Source of the DNA: Octopus sinensis | Lineage: Eukaryota | Direction: 5' to 3' | DNA length: 64,000 nucleotides | Assembly (NCBI RefSeq): GCF_006345805.1 | Contig: NC_042999.1 | Location: 143,778,001-143,842,000 of the forward strand | Part shown: piece by piece, positions 39,545-51,495 of the stretch | Position numbering within the stretch: position 1 is the first letter of the stretch | Layout of the letters: every line of letters begins with the position of its first letter | The notes under the pieces: model-generated | The model's database searches: none | Told to the model about the DNA's origin: nothing | The model's input: the letters and a program-made list of their open reading frames with translations, nothing else | Translations under genes and position numbers: made by a program

Positions 39545-39605
<61 letters not shown>

Positions 39606-40150
39606 GAGTACGAGAGCAGTGCATGGCACTGAGGTAAAATATACGTGCATGACATTGAGTTAAAATGTACGAAGCCCAATATAATTATCATGTCTATTCG
39701 TCTGATAAGGGTACACTAGGCACATGCATCACAACCATATGTGTGCGACGTGTTGATTTCATATCAAGATAAACAGCACATGAACTTGCAGGTGGGGCCC
39801 AGTTAGAATTTTCTTCAGATCGAGTAACCCATTCCACCCAAAAGGTCCCTGAATAAGGGTTGTTTAAAAATGTTGAGCGAAACACCTGTGTTTCCATAGG
39901 TGAATTATCCAAACTCCCCCAAATTCCTCTCAATATATGGCTATGATGCTCCCCACGACTTCTGCTCATAATCAGAGATGGACATATCATCAGCCACTAA
40001 GGGACATGCTCAACTGGTTATGGTCAAACAAGTGACAAGCAAATCTGTGGTACTGGGCAGAATATTTGCTGTCGTTCATCTTTTATACCAAGACAAAACA
40101 TGTATATGTTAACACTTCCAATCAGTTAAGATGAGAAGTCATGATATCCA
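36840..40150 (-). mobile_element. Array of five ~557-bp non-coding elements separated by (AAT)n-based microsatellites (A-B-A'-B'-C)
   Basis: Units at 36840-37397, 37609-38164, 38221-38778, 38993-39548 and 39606-~40150. The strand is inferred from truncation pattern and tail polarity. Confidence 0.85.
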
Positions 40151-40181
40151 CTACCGTTCTAATTATTATTATTATTATCAT

Positions 40182-41054
40182 TCAGTTGTTTTATTTTTAT
40201 AGCGTGCTTTCACTTCACTACCGAGCGCAGCTCTGTGTGCCTTGGGTATGTGCTGTGATTTTTTGTGGTGCTCTGATGGTTACTGTATTGAAAGTGTTTT
40301 GCGTAGGATGTGGGCAGTGCCCAGTAGTGCAATTTTCTGTATGTTATATGTATTTGTAAGTCCTGGTGTTTTTGTTATGTATTTGTCTGAATATGTTTTA
40401 TCATGCCTAATGCACCTACTATGATAGGAATTGTTTCTGTTTTTAGATTCCACATTCTGGTTACCTCTATTTCCAGGTCTTTGTATTTTGAAAGTTTCTC
40501 CATTTCTCTTAGAGACACGTTGTCATCTGCTGGTATTGATACATCAATTAGAAAGCATTTGTTTTCTTCATGATCTCTGACAACTATATCTGGTCTGTTG
40601 GACTTAATTTCTCTATCTGTGTGTATTGGCATATCCCAGAGTATGGTTGCTTTCTCGTTTTCTGTGACCTTTTCTGGTGTGTGCCTATACCATCTTTTTT
40701 CTGTTGTTATTCCATAATGTTGGCATGTCTGTGAATATATTCCTTCTTAGCCAGGACTGGGCAGCTAGAGATAATATGATTTATTGTTTCTTGTCCATCT
40801 CCATATATTCTGCAGTTACTTGTTATGTTTCTTTTCATTATATGTTTTTGGTAATTTCTGGTGGGGAGGCTTTGGTCTTATGCTGCAATTAAAAATCCCT
40901 CCGTCTCTGCTTTGAGTCCTGAGTTTCTCAACCATTGCTGGGATTTTTCTCTGTCTATTTCTTTTGCATTTAGTTTAATCCAGTATTTGCCATGAAGGGG
41001 TTTTCTTGCCATCGTTTTATCATGGTCCATTGCTGTTCTAGTTTTATTTTGGAT
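40182..41054 (-). mobile_element. R4/Dong-like LINE, 5'-truncated
   Basis: KAETEGFLIAA*DQSL, NRPDIVVRD..CFLIDVSIP, EKLSKYKDLEIEV; (AAT)n tail. Confidence 0.9.
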
Positions 41055-41114
<60 letters not shown>

Positions 41115-43226
41115 GCTTACTTTTAATTTGCAAGTTCGTTACAATCATTTGCCGAGACACACCCAGCGTCCTAAGGCGATTGAAAGATAGATGTTACTGT
41201 ATGACTGAAAGCTTGAGGAGGGCAAGTGACAGGGGTAGTAGCGAAATATCGTCATGTAATACAACACAGGCGTTTAAATTGGTAAGGTTTTTCTAAGGAT
41301 GCGGACAGTAGTTGTCAGCACAATCTTTTGGCTTTCTCTGAAACATGGTTCTCCTTGGACATTATCTAGATGTTTCTGGCACCCAGTTATTATCATACCT
41401 AGGACATCCACAATAACAGGAACAGTTCTCGCTTTAAGATACCACATCATTTATATTTCAATTTCCAGGTCTACAAGTATTTTCTTCTCTGTCTCAAATT
41501 ACTATGCCAGGTCGATTAGTCTGAATCGTTCTGTCGGTTTTGACTGGAAAATCCCAGAAGACAGTGACATTTTTACTTTCAACTGCTGGCTCAGGATGAT
41601 GTTCATACTAGTAAGCAAGAGCGCTGATTTTATAGTGTTTAAATATTTTCCAATGTAAATACTGTCCTACCCTATCGTGGGTGATTTTTGTATTCGCTTG
41701 GTGTCAGCACAAGACATCCCGACAAGTTAGTCTATTGTTTCCTCAAATGTATCGCAGAATCTACATTTAGGGTCAGAATCGTGTTGAAGAACGTTAACCT
41801 GGTAGTTTTTGGTAAGCAAGCTTTGATCGTGTGTCACCAATGTGAAACCTTCAGTCCCTGCTTTCAGTCATGAACTTCTCAGCCACTGATGGGTTATTGC
41901 TTGCTCTACATCAGCATTTCGGTTTCGAAGTATATACTCTCCATACAGAGGCTTCTGGATCCACCGATCTCCAATTTGTTTCTGCCCATTCATTTTTGCA
42001 GTTTGTTTAATCCGTTTTGCTTCTTTGGTGACAGTGGTTTCAAAGTCTTCATCTAATTCAGGGTTAATACTGAGTTCCCTTGCAAATTTGCAATAGCAAG
42101 TGATCTTTTGCTGCTTTCGTGTTTGCACACAAACCGCAGCATCTCGTCTTCTGTACTAGTTAAGTACTTGTCCATTGCTATCGTGGAAGTCCTATAGCAC
42201 AGTTCTACCTGCATCATTCTTCTTCCCCCATTACTTCTACGTAGGTACAGATGGTCAACGTCTGCTTTTCGGTGGTGCATGTTCTTAGATGTTACTATGT
42301 TACTAGTTTTTTGCCTTCCTGTCCAGGCGTTGGCGTTCTATAAGATTACAGTTAATGATGTTAATACTGTATTGGACAACTGGAAGTGCCAGGGTGTTAA
42401 TGTCTTCGACGCGATTTTTGGAGTTGAGTTCAGTTTTTAGTATGAACCTTATTCTCCTGTAATACTTTCTTATTTCTTCCTTCATAGCAGCATGTTGTAT
42501 ACCATCTCCTTCGTTTATCCCCAGGTGTTTATAGCTTTCTTGCAGGTCAAGCTCGTTGATGGTAGTGTCGGTTTCTAATTTAATGGAAGTTGTTTGCTTG
42601 AGCTGGCCTCATCCAAAAGTTGCTGTAGCACACTTATCAAGGCCAAAATCCATCCCAATGTAATTGCTGAACTCTTCAACAGTTGTTAAAAGCCCTACCA
42701 CGTCATTTCTAGCAAACAGCTTTAGATCGGGTCTGTTGTCCATATAACAAACGGTTTATTAACTTGGTGTTAGTTCGTTTGAGAGTGGGATCAGTGCCAT
42801 ACAAAAGAGTAACGAGGAGAAGTTACCTTGAAAGATGCTCGTTTGATGTTGATGTTGTTAGATTGGCTCATCTCATTACTATCGTTTAGAAGAAGACGTG
42901 TATTCCACTTGGCCATGCTACCTTGTAAGAATTTGGAGATGAAAGAAGAGATCTTATATCAAGGGCCTTGAGTAACCAATTATGTGGGACACTATCCAAA
43001 GCTTTCATGTAGTCTATCCATGCCATACTCAGGTTTTTCTTGTTGCTCCGGCAATTCTTTACAATCATTTTATTTATGAGTAATTGGTCTTTGTATCCAT
43101 GACAGTTCCTTTTATAACCTTTTTGAGCTTGTGGAAGGATAGAGATCTGTTCAAGGAAAGTGTACATTCTTTCAGTTAGTATGGATGTGAGGATCTTATA
43201 GGTGGTGTTGAGACATGTTATTGGTC

Positions 43227-44149
43227 CAGTTCCATATTTAAGAGATGAGGAATTATGTACATTATTTATATTATTTACAGTTGACGGATATTTGTCCTCA
43301 TCTTGTTTGTTGTTAACACAACGTTTCGGCTGATATACCCTCAAGCCTTTATCAGGTGTCTTGGGGACATTTCGAATTATTATTATTATTATTAATGATG
43401 ATGATGATGATGATGATAGGGATTGCTCAGTGACTAAAACATCGGGCAATGAATATAAGTAGCGATCGTGATACCCACCACGAAGAAATGATCAAGCTCA
43501 GTAACAATCTATTAAGCAACAACTACCCCAAAAGCATACTCTCCACTCCAACTATGAAGAAAAAAGGGGATGAAACCGATAAACTGTCCACAGTCTGTCT
43601 ACCCTATGTGAAAGGCCTCTCCGAAAAGATACAAAATATATGCGGTCCATATGACATCAGGACAGTATTCAAAAGTAATACAACACTTCGCAAATATCTC
43701 CTTCGAGAAAAACCACTAATAGAAGAAAATACGCTCCATCTCATGCAGCTGTGGTAAGTTATACAAAGGCGAGACATGCCGCCTCCTCAAAATAAGGGTA
43801 GAGGAACATCGCATATCTGTGACACAGGGAGATATTAATAAATCGGGTATAGCTGATCATGTATAGAAAAATGGAGACCTCCTCCCCCTGTGGGATGAAG
43901 TTAAAATAATACACAGAGACTACTACTGGAAAATACGAAAACTAAATGAAGCAGCACATATGCTAGGACACAACAACCTCCTAAGCAGACCGAGTGCAGA
44001 TATGAACAGCATATGGGAACCGGTATTAAGGAAGGATAGGAGAATATTAGATTTATAATTCACTCCATAATTGTCCGCGGGCATATGGCGTAGTGGTTAA
44101 GAGCGCGGTATACTAACCCCAAGATTCTGAGTTCGATTCCAGGCAGTGA

Positions 44150-44180
<31 letters not shown>

Positions 44181-44322
44181 GATAACAACAACATCGAAAA
44201 ATGACTTAGGAATGAGAAGCCAGGTTCGCAATTTCCCCAAGACACCCGATGAAGCCGAAATATTGTGTTAACAAACAAGATGAGGACAAATATCCGTCAG
44301 TTGTAAATAATGTAAACAATGT
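43227..44322 (+). mobile_element. Penelope-like element (GIY-YIG fragment, inverted plus direct pseudo-LTR) with a 12-bp TSD
   Basis: TSD ATGTTATTGGTC at 43215-43226 and 44323-44334. Coding remnants CLPYVKGLSEKI, CSCGKLYKGET and SGIADH..WDEVKII. Repeat copies lie at ~43245-43372 (-) and ~44225-44322 (+). Confidence 0.9.
44077..44153 (+). promoter_or_regulatory. tRNA-like segment with intact Pol III A and B boxes inside the Penelope element
   Basis: A box TGGCGTAGTGG and B box GAGTTCGATTCC. There is no complete acceptor stem, so it is not a functional tRNA. Confidence 0.65.
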
Positions 44323-45117
44323 ATGTTATTGGTCGATAGTTCTTTGAAATGTTCGTGTCCTCGTTTTTTTTTGTAGAAGGTATGTTGTTCCTTCAGTCAG
44401 CCAGGCAGTATTTACTCTGGATTCTGGATGATATGAGTGAGGGATGAAGCAAAATTTTGGTGTACTTCTCTCAAACAATGCAGCCAGAAATTAGGGATCC
44501 AGTCCAGTCCAGGGGTTTTCCATTTGTGAGACTTTCTAAGAAAACATCTTAGCTCTTCTACTTCTATTGCCTCCCATTTCTGCTCTTCAACTTCATCCAG
44601 TCTCACTTTCTCACGTTCTATCCAGTGAGCTTCAGCATTATATTCTTTTTTGTTGCTTCTTCAAGAACTCTTCCATTTCTTCAGTCATAGGTAGCTCCTT
44701 TACTCCTATCTTTCTTTTGCCAATTCCTCCATAAAATGTTTTTGCATCCATCTTGAATACCTTGTTGTGTCGATAAAATTTGATTCTTTTGTCATAACTT
44801 CTGAGCCTTTGGGCTTTCAGTTGTATTCGTTGTGTCACTAGTAGTTCCTTGGTTGCAGGGAGGATTATAAAATCTTTCATTTTATATTTTTGCTTGATTT
44901 TTCTAGCTTGTTTCGACTTAACATTTACTCCTCTAGCAAGTTCACCGAGGACTGATACACCCGCCCACAACAATTCGATCTCTTTTTGTATTGCTACTTT
45001 CCACTTAGGAGGTCTATTGGACGTGGTTGATCCTTTTCTCTGCCATCCTGATATTTAGTTGAGTAGTTGCAACTTTAGCAAGTGGAATAGATGAGGTTAT
45101 CTAAGGTTGTTAGAGTA

Positions 45118-45403
45118 TCTGTGTATATATAAGGCAGGATGTGTGTGTGTGTACGTGAATGTAATTTATGCACATCCAGAAATTAGCACGCATGTCACTC
45201 AAATATTAGGAGGACATTCGTCACGATCATAGCCGTATTTTCGTCAAATTATTTTCTCCCGAGGCACCCGCGAATAGCGGTAATTAATTTTGAGCCATAA
45301 CTTCTAACAATTTTCACGACGGAGAAATCCACTGTAGTGAAGCCATTATTGTTTACATAAATGAGTTAAGTCCCCTTCTAGCGACGGTGTAAATAGAGGG
45401 AGG

Positions 45404-45462
<59 letters not shown>

Positions 45463-46817
45463 GAGAGATAACAGATTTTTAAAATTTCGTCTTTTTAAAG
45501 ACTGAATGACAGGCAAAAAGAGACAGACAGGTGTTGTTATGTATGTATGTGTGAATGGCTTCAGTCACACACACACACACACACACGAACATGTATGCGT
45601 ACAAAACACATGCATGCAATGTGTGTGTTGACCGCATATATATATATATATATATATACACAATATAAACGATATTCTCCGTTTCTCCACAACTAATTTC
45701 CAAATTAGCTGAATCCGTTGCTTTACTCATAGCTATATATAGCTGGTCGTGCGTGAACATGGGAAATAGGAGAGGTTACCAGAGCAAAAGATTTACGTGT
45801 TGACTGTAGACACGCTCCTTCGCAAATGATCAGCTATTATTTTGTAAACAATGTTTCAAAACTGTTCATGTTTTCGAAAGGAGAGATCTCACTCTCACAT
45901 CTCTGCGGCAGAAGGTAGGTTTCTCTACTCCTGTTACAAAACTTATGTTTGGGTGACAAATTTGCTTCAATTGATGGTATTACTCGGGTAGGAGGTGGTG
46001 GTGGGACAGGGGCGTGCAAAAACATGTATGCAATAGGTGTATGTACGTATATGTTTGTGTGTGTTGCCCATATATATATATACTTAGTTGTGATCTGAAC
46101 ATAACCGCTTCTCGCACACAGGATCGAGGGCCCTTTTGGGCGTTCTATTATCCTTGCCGGAAGGGTTCCCAACCCGTGGGCAAAGTAGGGTTACATGATG
46201 TGGGTGGTGTTTTCAAAAGGGTTGGCATATGCAACCTGATCACCTCTGTCGATCAAACTCCCAACCCATGCGCTCCCGTCGTGACACTGATTCTGCAGAA
46301 CTGGTTTGGGTATGAAAACCAACTTTAAAGTATAAATATAGATGTTTTTGAATCAGCAATGTTCGGTTAAATCCTATTTGGGGTGAAAAATCAATAAACA
46401 GATTCCTTATGGAGTTTTCCATTTAATCAGAATAGAAAAAAAATGATAAATCGATTCCTTATAGGACTTCCCACTAAAATTGGCTACACCCCATTTTCAA
46501 CCATAACGTCTACCAATTTTGATATATTTTGTTCAAACTTGATGCCAGCATTACTTAGGACTCATGGGATCTTTGAATGCTTTAAGTTCTCCAAAATCAA
46601 AAAAAAAAAAAATCGATGAGTGGAAAAAATCGATAAACCGATTCCTTATGGGATTTCCCAATCAAATTTTCTGCAAAATTTTAGCCAAAAGTTTACCAAT
46701 TTCAACGGATTGCACTCAAATTTGACGTCGATGTTACTTAGTTTGCTTTGAAATAAAGAGCTTGATTAGCTTAATAATCCTAACTTAATCCCGAGCAAAG
46801 CCGGGCTATACTGCTAG
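45118..46817 (+). mobile_element. Non-autonomous Helitron
   Basis: 5' A|TC at 45118. The 3' hairpin CCCGAGCAAAGCCGGG (46790-46805) is followed by CTAG|T at 46814-46817. Removing the insert restores the Dong frame NVTLRKILRNKGNTLTTLDNLIYS with no TSD. Confidence 0.88.
45665..45760 (-). pseudogene. PIF1/Helitron helicase C-terminal remnant
   Basis: FTHDQLYIAMSKAT...TENIVY resembles FxHGQLYVAxSR...TxNxVY. Confidence 0.55.
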
Positions 46818-48189
46818 TTTCCCTTATTTCTTAAGATTTTTCTAAGAGTAACATTATATATCATGATTATGTTGTTATTTTTAAAGCTGTTTGAGAGCTT
46901 TGATTGCGGTTCTCTATTGATCATGAATTCTCTCATAATATCTTCTTTTGCTTCTATGATCTTTTAATTATTCACCTCAAATTCTGTGTCATATCTATTC
47001 TGGAGTTTTTGAGGTTGGTATACTTTCTCCTCTTTTTCTACATATTTATTCTTCGCTATTTTTTCTTCAGATTCCTCGCTGAGATGTACTGCTTGTACAC
47101 TGGGTTCAGTGCATCTTTTACCTATTTCATCTGCATTGTTGCTGTTTTCATTTGGTCTATCATGATATATTTGTATCCTAATTTGGCTAATTTCAGCATC
47201 AGTTAACCTTTTATTTTTAATGATGTCTCTACGTACATTACTTAATTTACTTGCGTCTATATATCTGTGTACTTCGTTGCCCACTAAGTTTCTCCATGAA
47301 GTGTATGTTTGTACAATGAGGTTTTTGTTTGGGTTTAGCTAGGCTGCATAGAAAACTTTCAGCACATCTCTATAATCCTCTCTAGTCCATTATATGCTTT
47401 AGATGGTGCTTTTGGAGGTTTCATTACAGGTCTAGGGTTAGGGTTATCCTGGTTCTGGTTACCAAGTAGTTCGTGTTTTTTTGAGAATTTATTCCAGCAG
47501 CAGCAGCAGCAGGCTTTTCAACCCCAGTCTGGTTCGCCACTGGTTAACGTGGTCCTTGTCCTGGACGATGACCGATCCGGCATGAGTTTTGGCTCTTCGT
47601 TAAAGCATTGACGGTGACAATAGGAAACGGGTCTGTTGCTCGTAGGCTGATAGATCGAAAATTGCTTGTTTTTTTTTTGGTAGCTATTTTTCCTGGCATA
47701 ACTGTTTCATGGTGTTTTAAACTGAATGACTAACTTACTCCCTTTTATATTTGTTTGTGGGAAGTCGCATTATTTTTGTTTGGTTCGGCGTCGAACGTTA
47801 CACGTGTTTTTCTTTTATTTTTATGTATGAGTATGTGTGTGTCGTGTACGAATTATTTATGTTGCTTGTAAATACTAGCATGTGCACATGGATGCATGGG
47901 CAGTTGTGTGTGTATATAATTATTCAATTTACGTACTTACTGTGTAACTGTTGCTGGTTTCGACGTCTTGCGTATGTCACTTTTAGATATCGTGCATTTA
48001 AAAAAACTACACTGTATATAACAAAAATCTTTCCGATTTTTTAGTTCCTTTGCTTTAACAGAACTTTTCCCACAGTTATATTGCGAAGTTTTCCTTCCAT
48101 TGCAGCGATGTTACTGGATTAAGTTTGTTTTGTAGAGAGAGCTTCTTAGTGTATATCCACGTTGTTATTTAGCCCGGAGCCATTATTAT

Positions 48190-49975
48190 TATTATAGACG
48201 TCGCACAGTATACAATATCGTGAGGTTGTTGATTGAAGATATTGTATCTACCGGGGTATTGTACTGCCTGTTAAGTCATGACAAGGACCTCAGACAGACA
48301 GTACTTTACGCAATATGCGTGCAGTTCCAAGTAATGCCGACTTTTGCTATACATCTAGATTGTAGGGTATCTCTAAGGTTTTCAGATGTTTTTCTTTTCA
48401 GATTGGGTGGTATTGAACCCAATGCTCCGATGATATTTATGTACGACTCTCGTAGCTGCCACATCTTAGCGATCTCATTTATACAGTTTTCCATATTTAT
48501 TAACATTTTCTCTTTCTTTCATGACATGTTGATCTCCTGGCACTGCTACGTCAATTATTAGGCACTCTTTTATTTCCCAACCATATTGTTTTAGGTTCAA
48601 TCCCATGAGAAACAAGCTTATACCACAGATCATAGTTACTCCATGCTATGTAAAAAAAACAAAAAAAACACCCAGTACAAATGTATATCCAGCCTTCGGT
48701 GTTCTAACACTTTGTCTGTCTGAAAATCTAAATCCCAGAGGATTATTGCCTCCCCCTTTTCATCCATTACCTTTTCCAGTGTATGTCGGTACCAAGCACC
48801 GTAACTTCATATCCATACTTCAGGCATAGTAGCCAGTGGTGGTTTTGGGCTACTTTGTCGTGATTACGCTTGTACTCTTTCTGTGCAAGACTTTCACAAG
48901 CACTAACAATGTGAGTCACACTTTCAACCCTCTTCCCACATATACTGCAGGGGTCCGATGTACTTGTAGGATATATATTCTTTCTCACTGAGTTGATATT
49001 CAATGCCTGGTCCTGGACCGCGATGATTTGGCTTTCAGTATTCCTTTTTAGGCCACCCTTCTGGAGCCACCTCCATTATGCTCCCTGGTCTTTTAATTTG
49101 TTTATTTCACGGTGGAACTAACCATGTAATTCCATACGGAGTAGGGTTTCTTCTCTTTTGTTGGCTGTTCTTGTTCAGAATTTATGAGCACTCTCAAGTC
49201 CATTTTTGTTAACTCCTTCCGCACTAACAGCATACTGTAGCAAGTCTTCTTTGCTGTTTACCAAATATTCTGTCATACTTCTTCTTTCACTGTTGATGCA
49301 CTCCCATAGGCTAATCAGTTCACGTCCACCTTTAGCACTCTTCATGTAGAGCTTGTGTACATTTGCCTTAGGGTGGAGAGCACCATGCATTGTCATTGTC
49401 TTTCGGGTAGTGCGATCGAGTTGGTCAATCTCCGCTTGTGTCCATCTCAGAATGGGTGCATTATAGTGGACTACAGCAACAGCCCATATGTTGATGACAG
49501 TCACAAGGGTCCTTGAGTTGAGCTTTGATTTCAAGAGAAGTTTGAAGCGCTTGAAATATGCAGTGATGACTTTATATTTCATTTCTCTGTGCAAATATTG
49601 TCCAGCTCTAGGATCCCAAGGTACTTGTACCCATCATCATCCGGGTCTTCCATTCTCTCTCCGTATGGCAATTCTATGCCCCTACAATCTACTCTTTTCC
49701 CCCGCTTCAAAGTAAGCACCACACACTTCGAGATACCGAATTCCATCCCTATGTACTTGCTGCACATTTTCAGTCTCAGCCAGCCTCTTCATTTCAGGCT
49801 TTGTTTTCGCGAACAGTTTTAAATCACCCATGAAGAGAAGGTTGTTGAGACGAGGTCCGTTCTTTCTCAGCTCATAGTGCAGGATGATTTTACGTAGGAT
49901 TACAGAAAGTGGGATCAAGGCTATAACAAATATCAGAGATGAACAAGAGTCTCCTTGAAAGATACCTCTTATTAT
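48190..49975 (-). mobile_element. R4/Dong-like LINE, 5'-truncated (RT C-terminal half plus RLE)
   Basis: RGIFQGDSCS..LLFMGDLKLFAK, YKYLGILE, ALHPKANVHKLY, CSICGKRVESVTHIVSAC...EYKRNHDKVA; (AAT)n tail. Confidence 0.9.
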
Positions 49976-49976
49976 T

Positions 49977-50050
<74 letters not shown>

Positions 50051-50062
50051 TATCATAATAAT

Positions 50063-50374
50063 AAAGCTGCGAACTGGCAGAATCATTAGCACGCCTGGCA
50101 AAATGCTTAGTAGCATTTCGTCCGCCTTTATGTTCTGAGTTCAAATTTTGCTGAGACAGACTTTGCCATCCATCCTTCGGGGTCGCTAAATTTAGTACCA
50201 CTGAAGTGCTGGATCGACAACCCCTTCCCCCAAATATCAGGCCCTATGCCTTTTGTAGAAAGGCAGAAATGATTATACCTGCATTTGAATATGTACCAAT
50301 GAATCACTGAGATCGATCCAATAGACTAGTCCTCTCCCACCAAATTTCAGGCCTTGTGCCTATATTAGATAGGA

Positions 50375-50378
<4 letters not shown>
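50063..50378 (+). mobile_element. SINE (Nin/Deu-like family) with an (ATT)n tail
   Basis: Homologous to 28064-28275; the 3' portion is partly duplicated. Confidence 0.8.
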
Positions 50379-50425
<47 letters not shown>

Positions 50426-50448
50426 TATTATTATTATTATTATTATTC

Positions 50449-51055
50449 AGTAGTTTTATTTTAATAGCGTGCTTTCACTTCACTACCGAACGCAGCTCTG
50501 TGTGCCTTGGGTATGTGCTGTGATTTGTTGTGATGCTCTGATGGTTATCGTATGGAAAGTGTTCTGCGTAGGATGTATGCAGTGCCTAGTAGTGCAATTT
50601 TCTGTATGTTATATGTGTTTGTAAGTCCTGGTGTTTTTGCTATGTATTTGTCTGAATATTTTTTTATCATGCCTAATGCACCTATTATGATAGGAATTGT
50701 TTCTGTTTTTAGATTCCACATTCTGGTTACCTCTATTTCCAGGTCTTTGTATTTTGAAAGTTTCTCCATTTCTCTTAGAGACACGTTGTCATCCCCTGGT
50801 ACTGATACATCAATTAGAAAACATTATTTTTCTTCATGATCTCTGACAACTATATCTGGTCTGTTGGACCTAATTTTTCTATCTGTGTGTATTGGCATAT
50901 CCCAGAGTATGGTTGCTTTCTCGTTTTCTGTGACCTTTTCTGGTGTGTGCCTATACTATCGTTTTTCTGTTGTTATTCCATAATGCTGGCATAGTTGCCA
51001 GTGTATATAGGTCCCAACTCTGTCGTATCTGTGAATATATTCCTTCTTAGCCAGT
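50449..51055 (-). mobile_element. R4/Dong-like LINE 3' end, same subfamily as 40182-41054
   Basis: Nearly identical to 40182-40750; ORF 50545..50784 is the RLE C-terminus. Confidence 0.9.
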
Positions 51056-51324
51056 GATTGAAAAAGTTTTATAAAAGGAGAAAGGGGCTCTCCAACCCCC
51101 TTTTTGACCAGGTTCCCGTTGGCTTTTATGGGTTTTTCCACCAGGAACCTTTCGAAGCGCCTCCCCCTATTGGGAGTTTTTCATTGTTAAATATTTTCGT
51201 TGATACACTGTTTTTTACGCGGATTTTTACAAACGGACAAAACCCTTTGTAACCTTTCGTCCTGTTTTGTCCTTTTATGCTTTCTAATTATGTGTGTCAG
51301 CCCTTGTGGCCAATAAAAAGGATT

Positions 51325-51343
51325 ATTTATTATTATTATTATG

Positions 51344-51377
<34 letters not shown>

Positions 51378-51400
51378 GTAGTAGTAGTAGTAGTAGTAGT

Positions 51401-51489
<89 letters not shown>

Positions 51490-51495
51490 CAGTAG
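51325..51495. repeat. Compound (ATT)n(AGT)n(AGC)n(AGT)n microsatellite
   Basis: Direct. Confidence 0.95.

Larger units (their letters stand above)
41114..47720 (-). mobile_element. Almost complete but degraded R4/Dong-like LINE, interrupted by a Penelope element and a Helitron
   Basis: Collinear pieces: KWTREDY...RRDIIKNKRLTD (47.0-47.4 kb), PPKWK...QRIQLKAQRLR (44.6-45.1 kb), KTPGLDWIPNFWL, NYRPITCLNT (split), AWIDYMKALDSVPH, DLKLFA, HRKADVDHLY, CRFC, then a 3' UTR and (AAT)n at ~41105. Confidence 0.88.

Noticed and set aside
44077-44153. Functional tRNA gene
   Set aside because: There is no complete cloverleaf or acceptor stem and no T-run terminator. The same applies to the SINE heads.
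47415-47430. TAGGGTTAGGGTTA telomere-like motif
   Set aside because: Only two units, inside Dong coding sequence.
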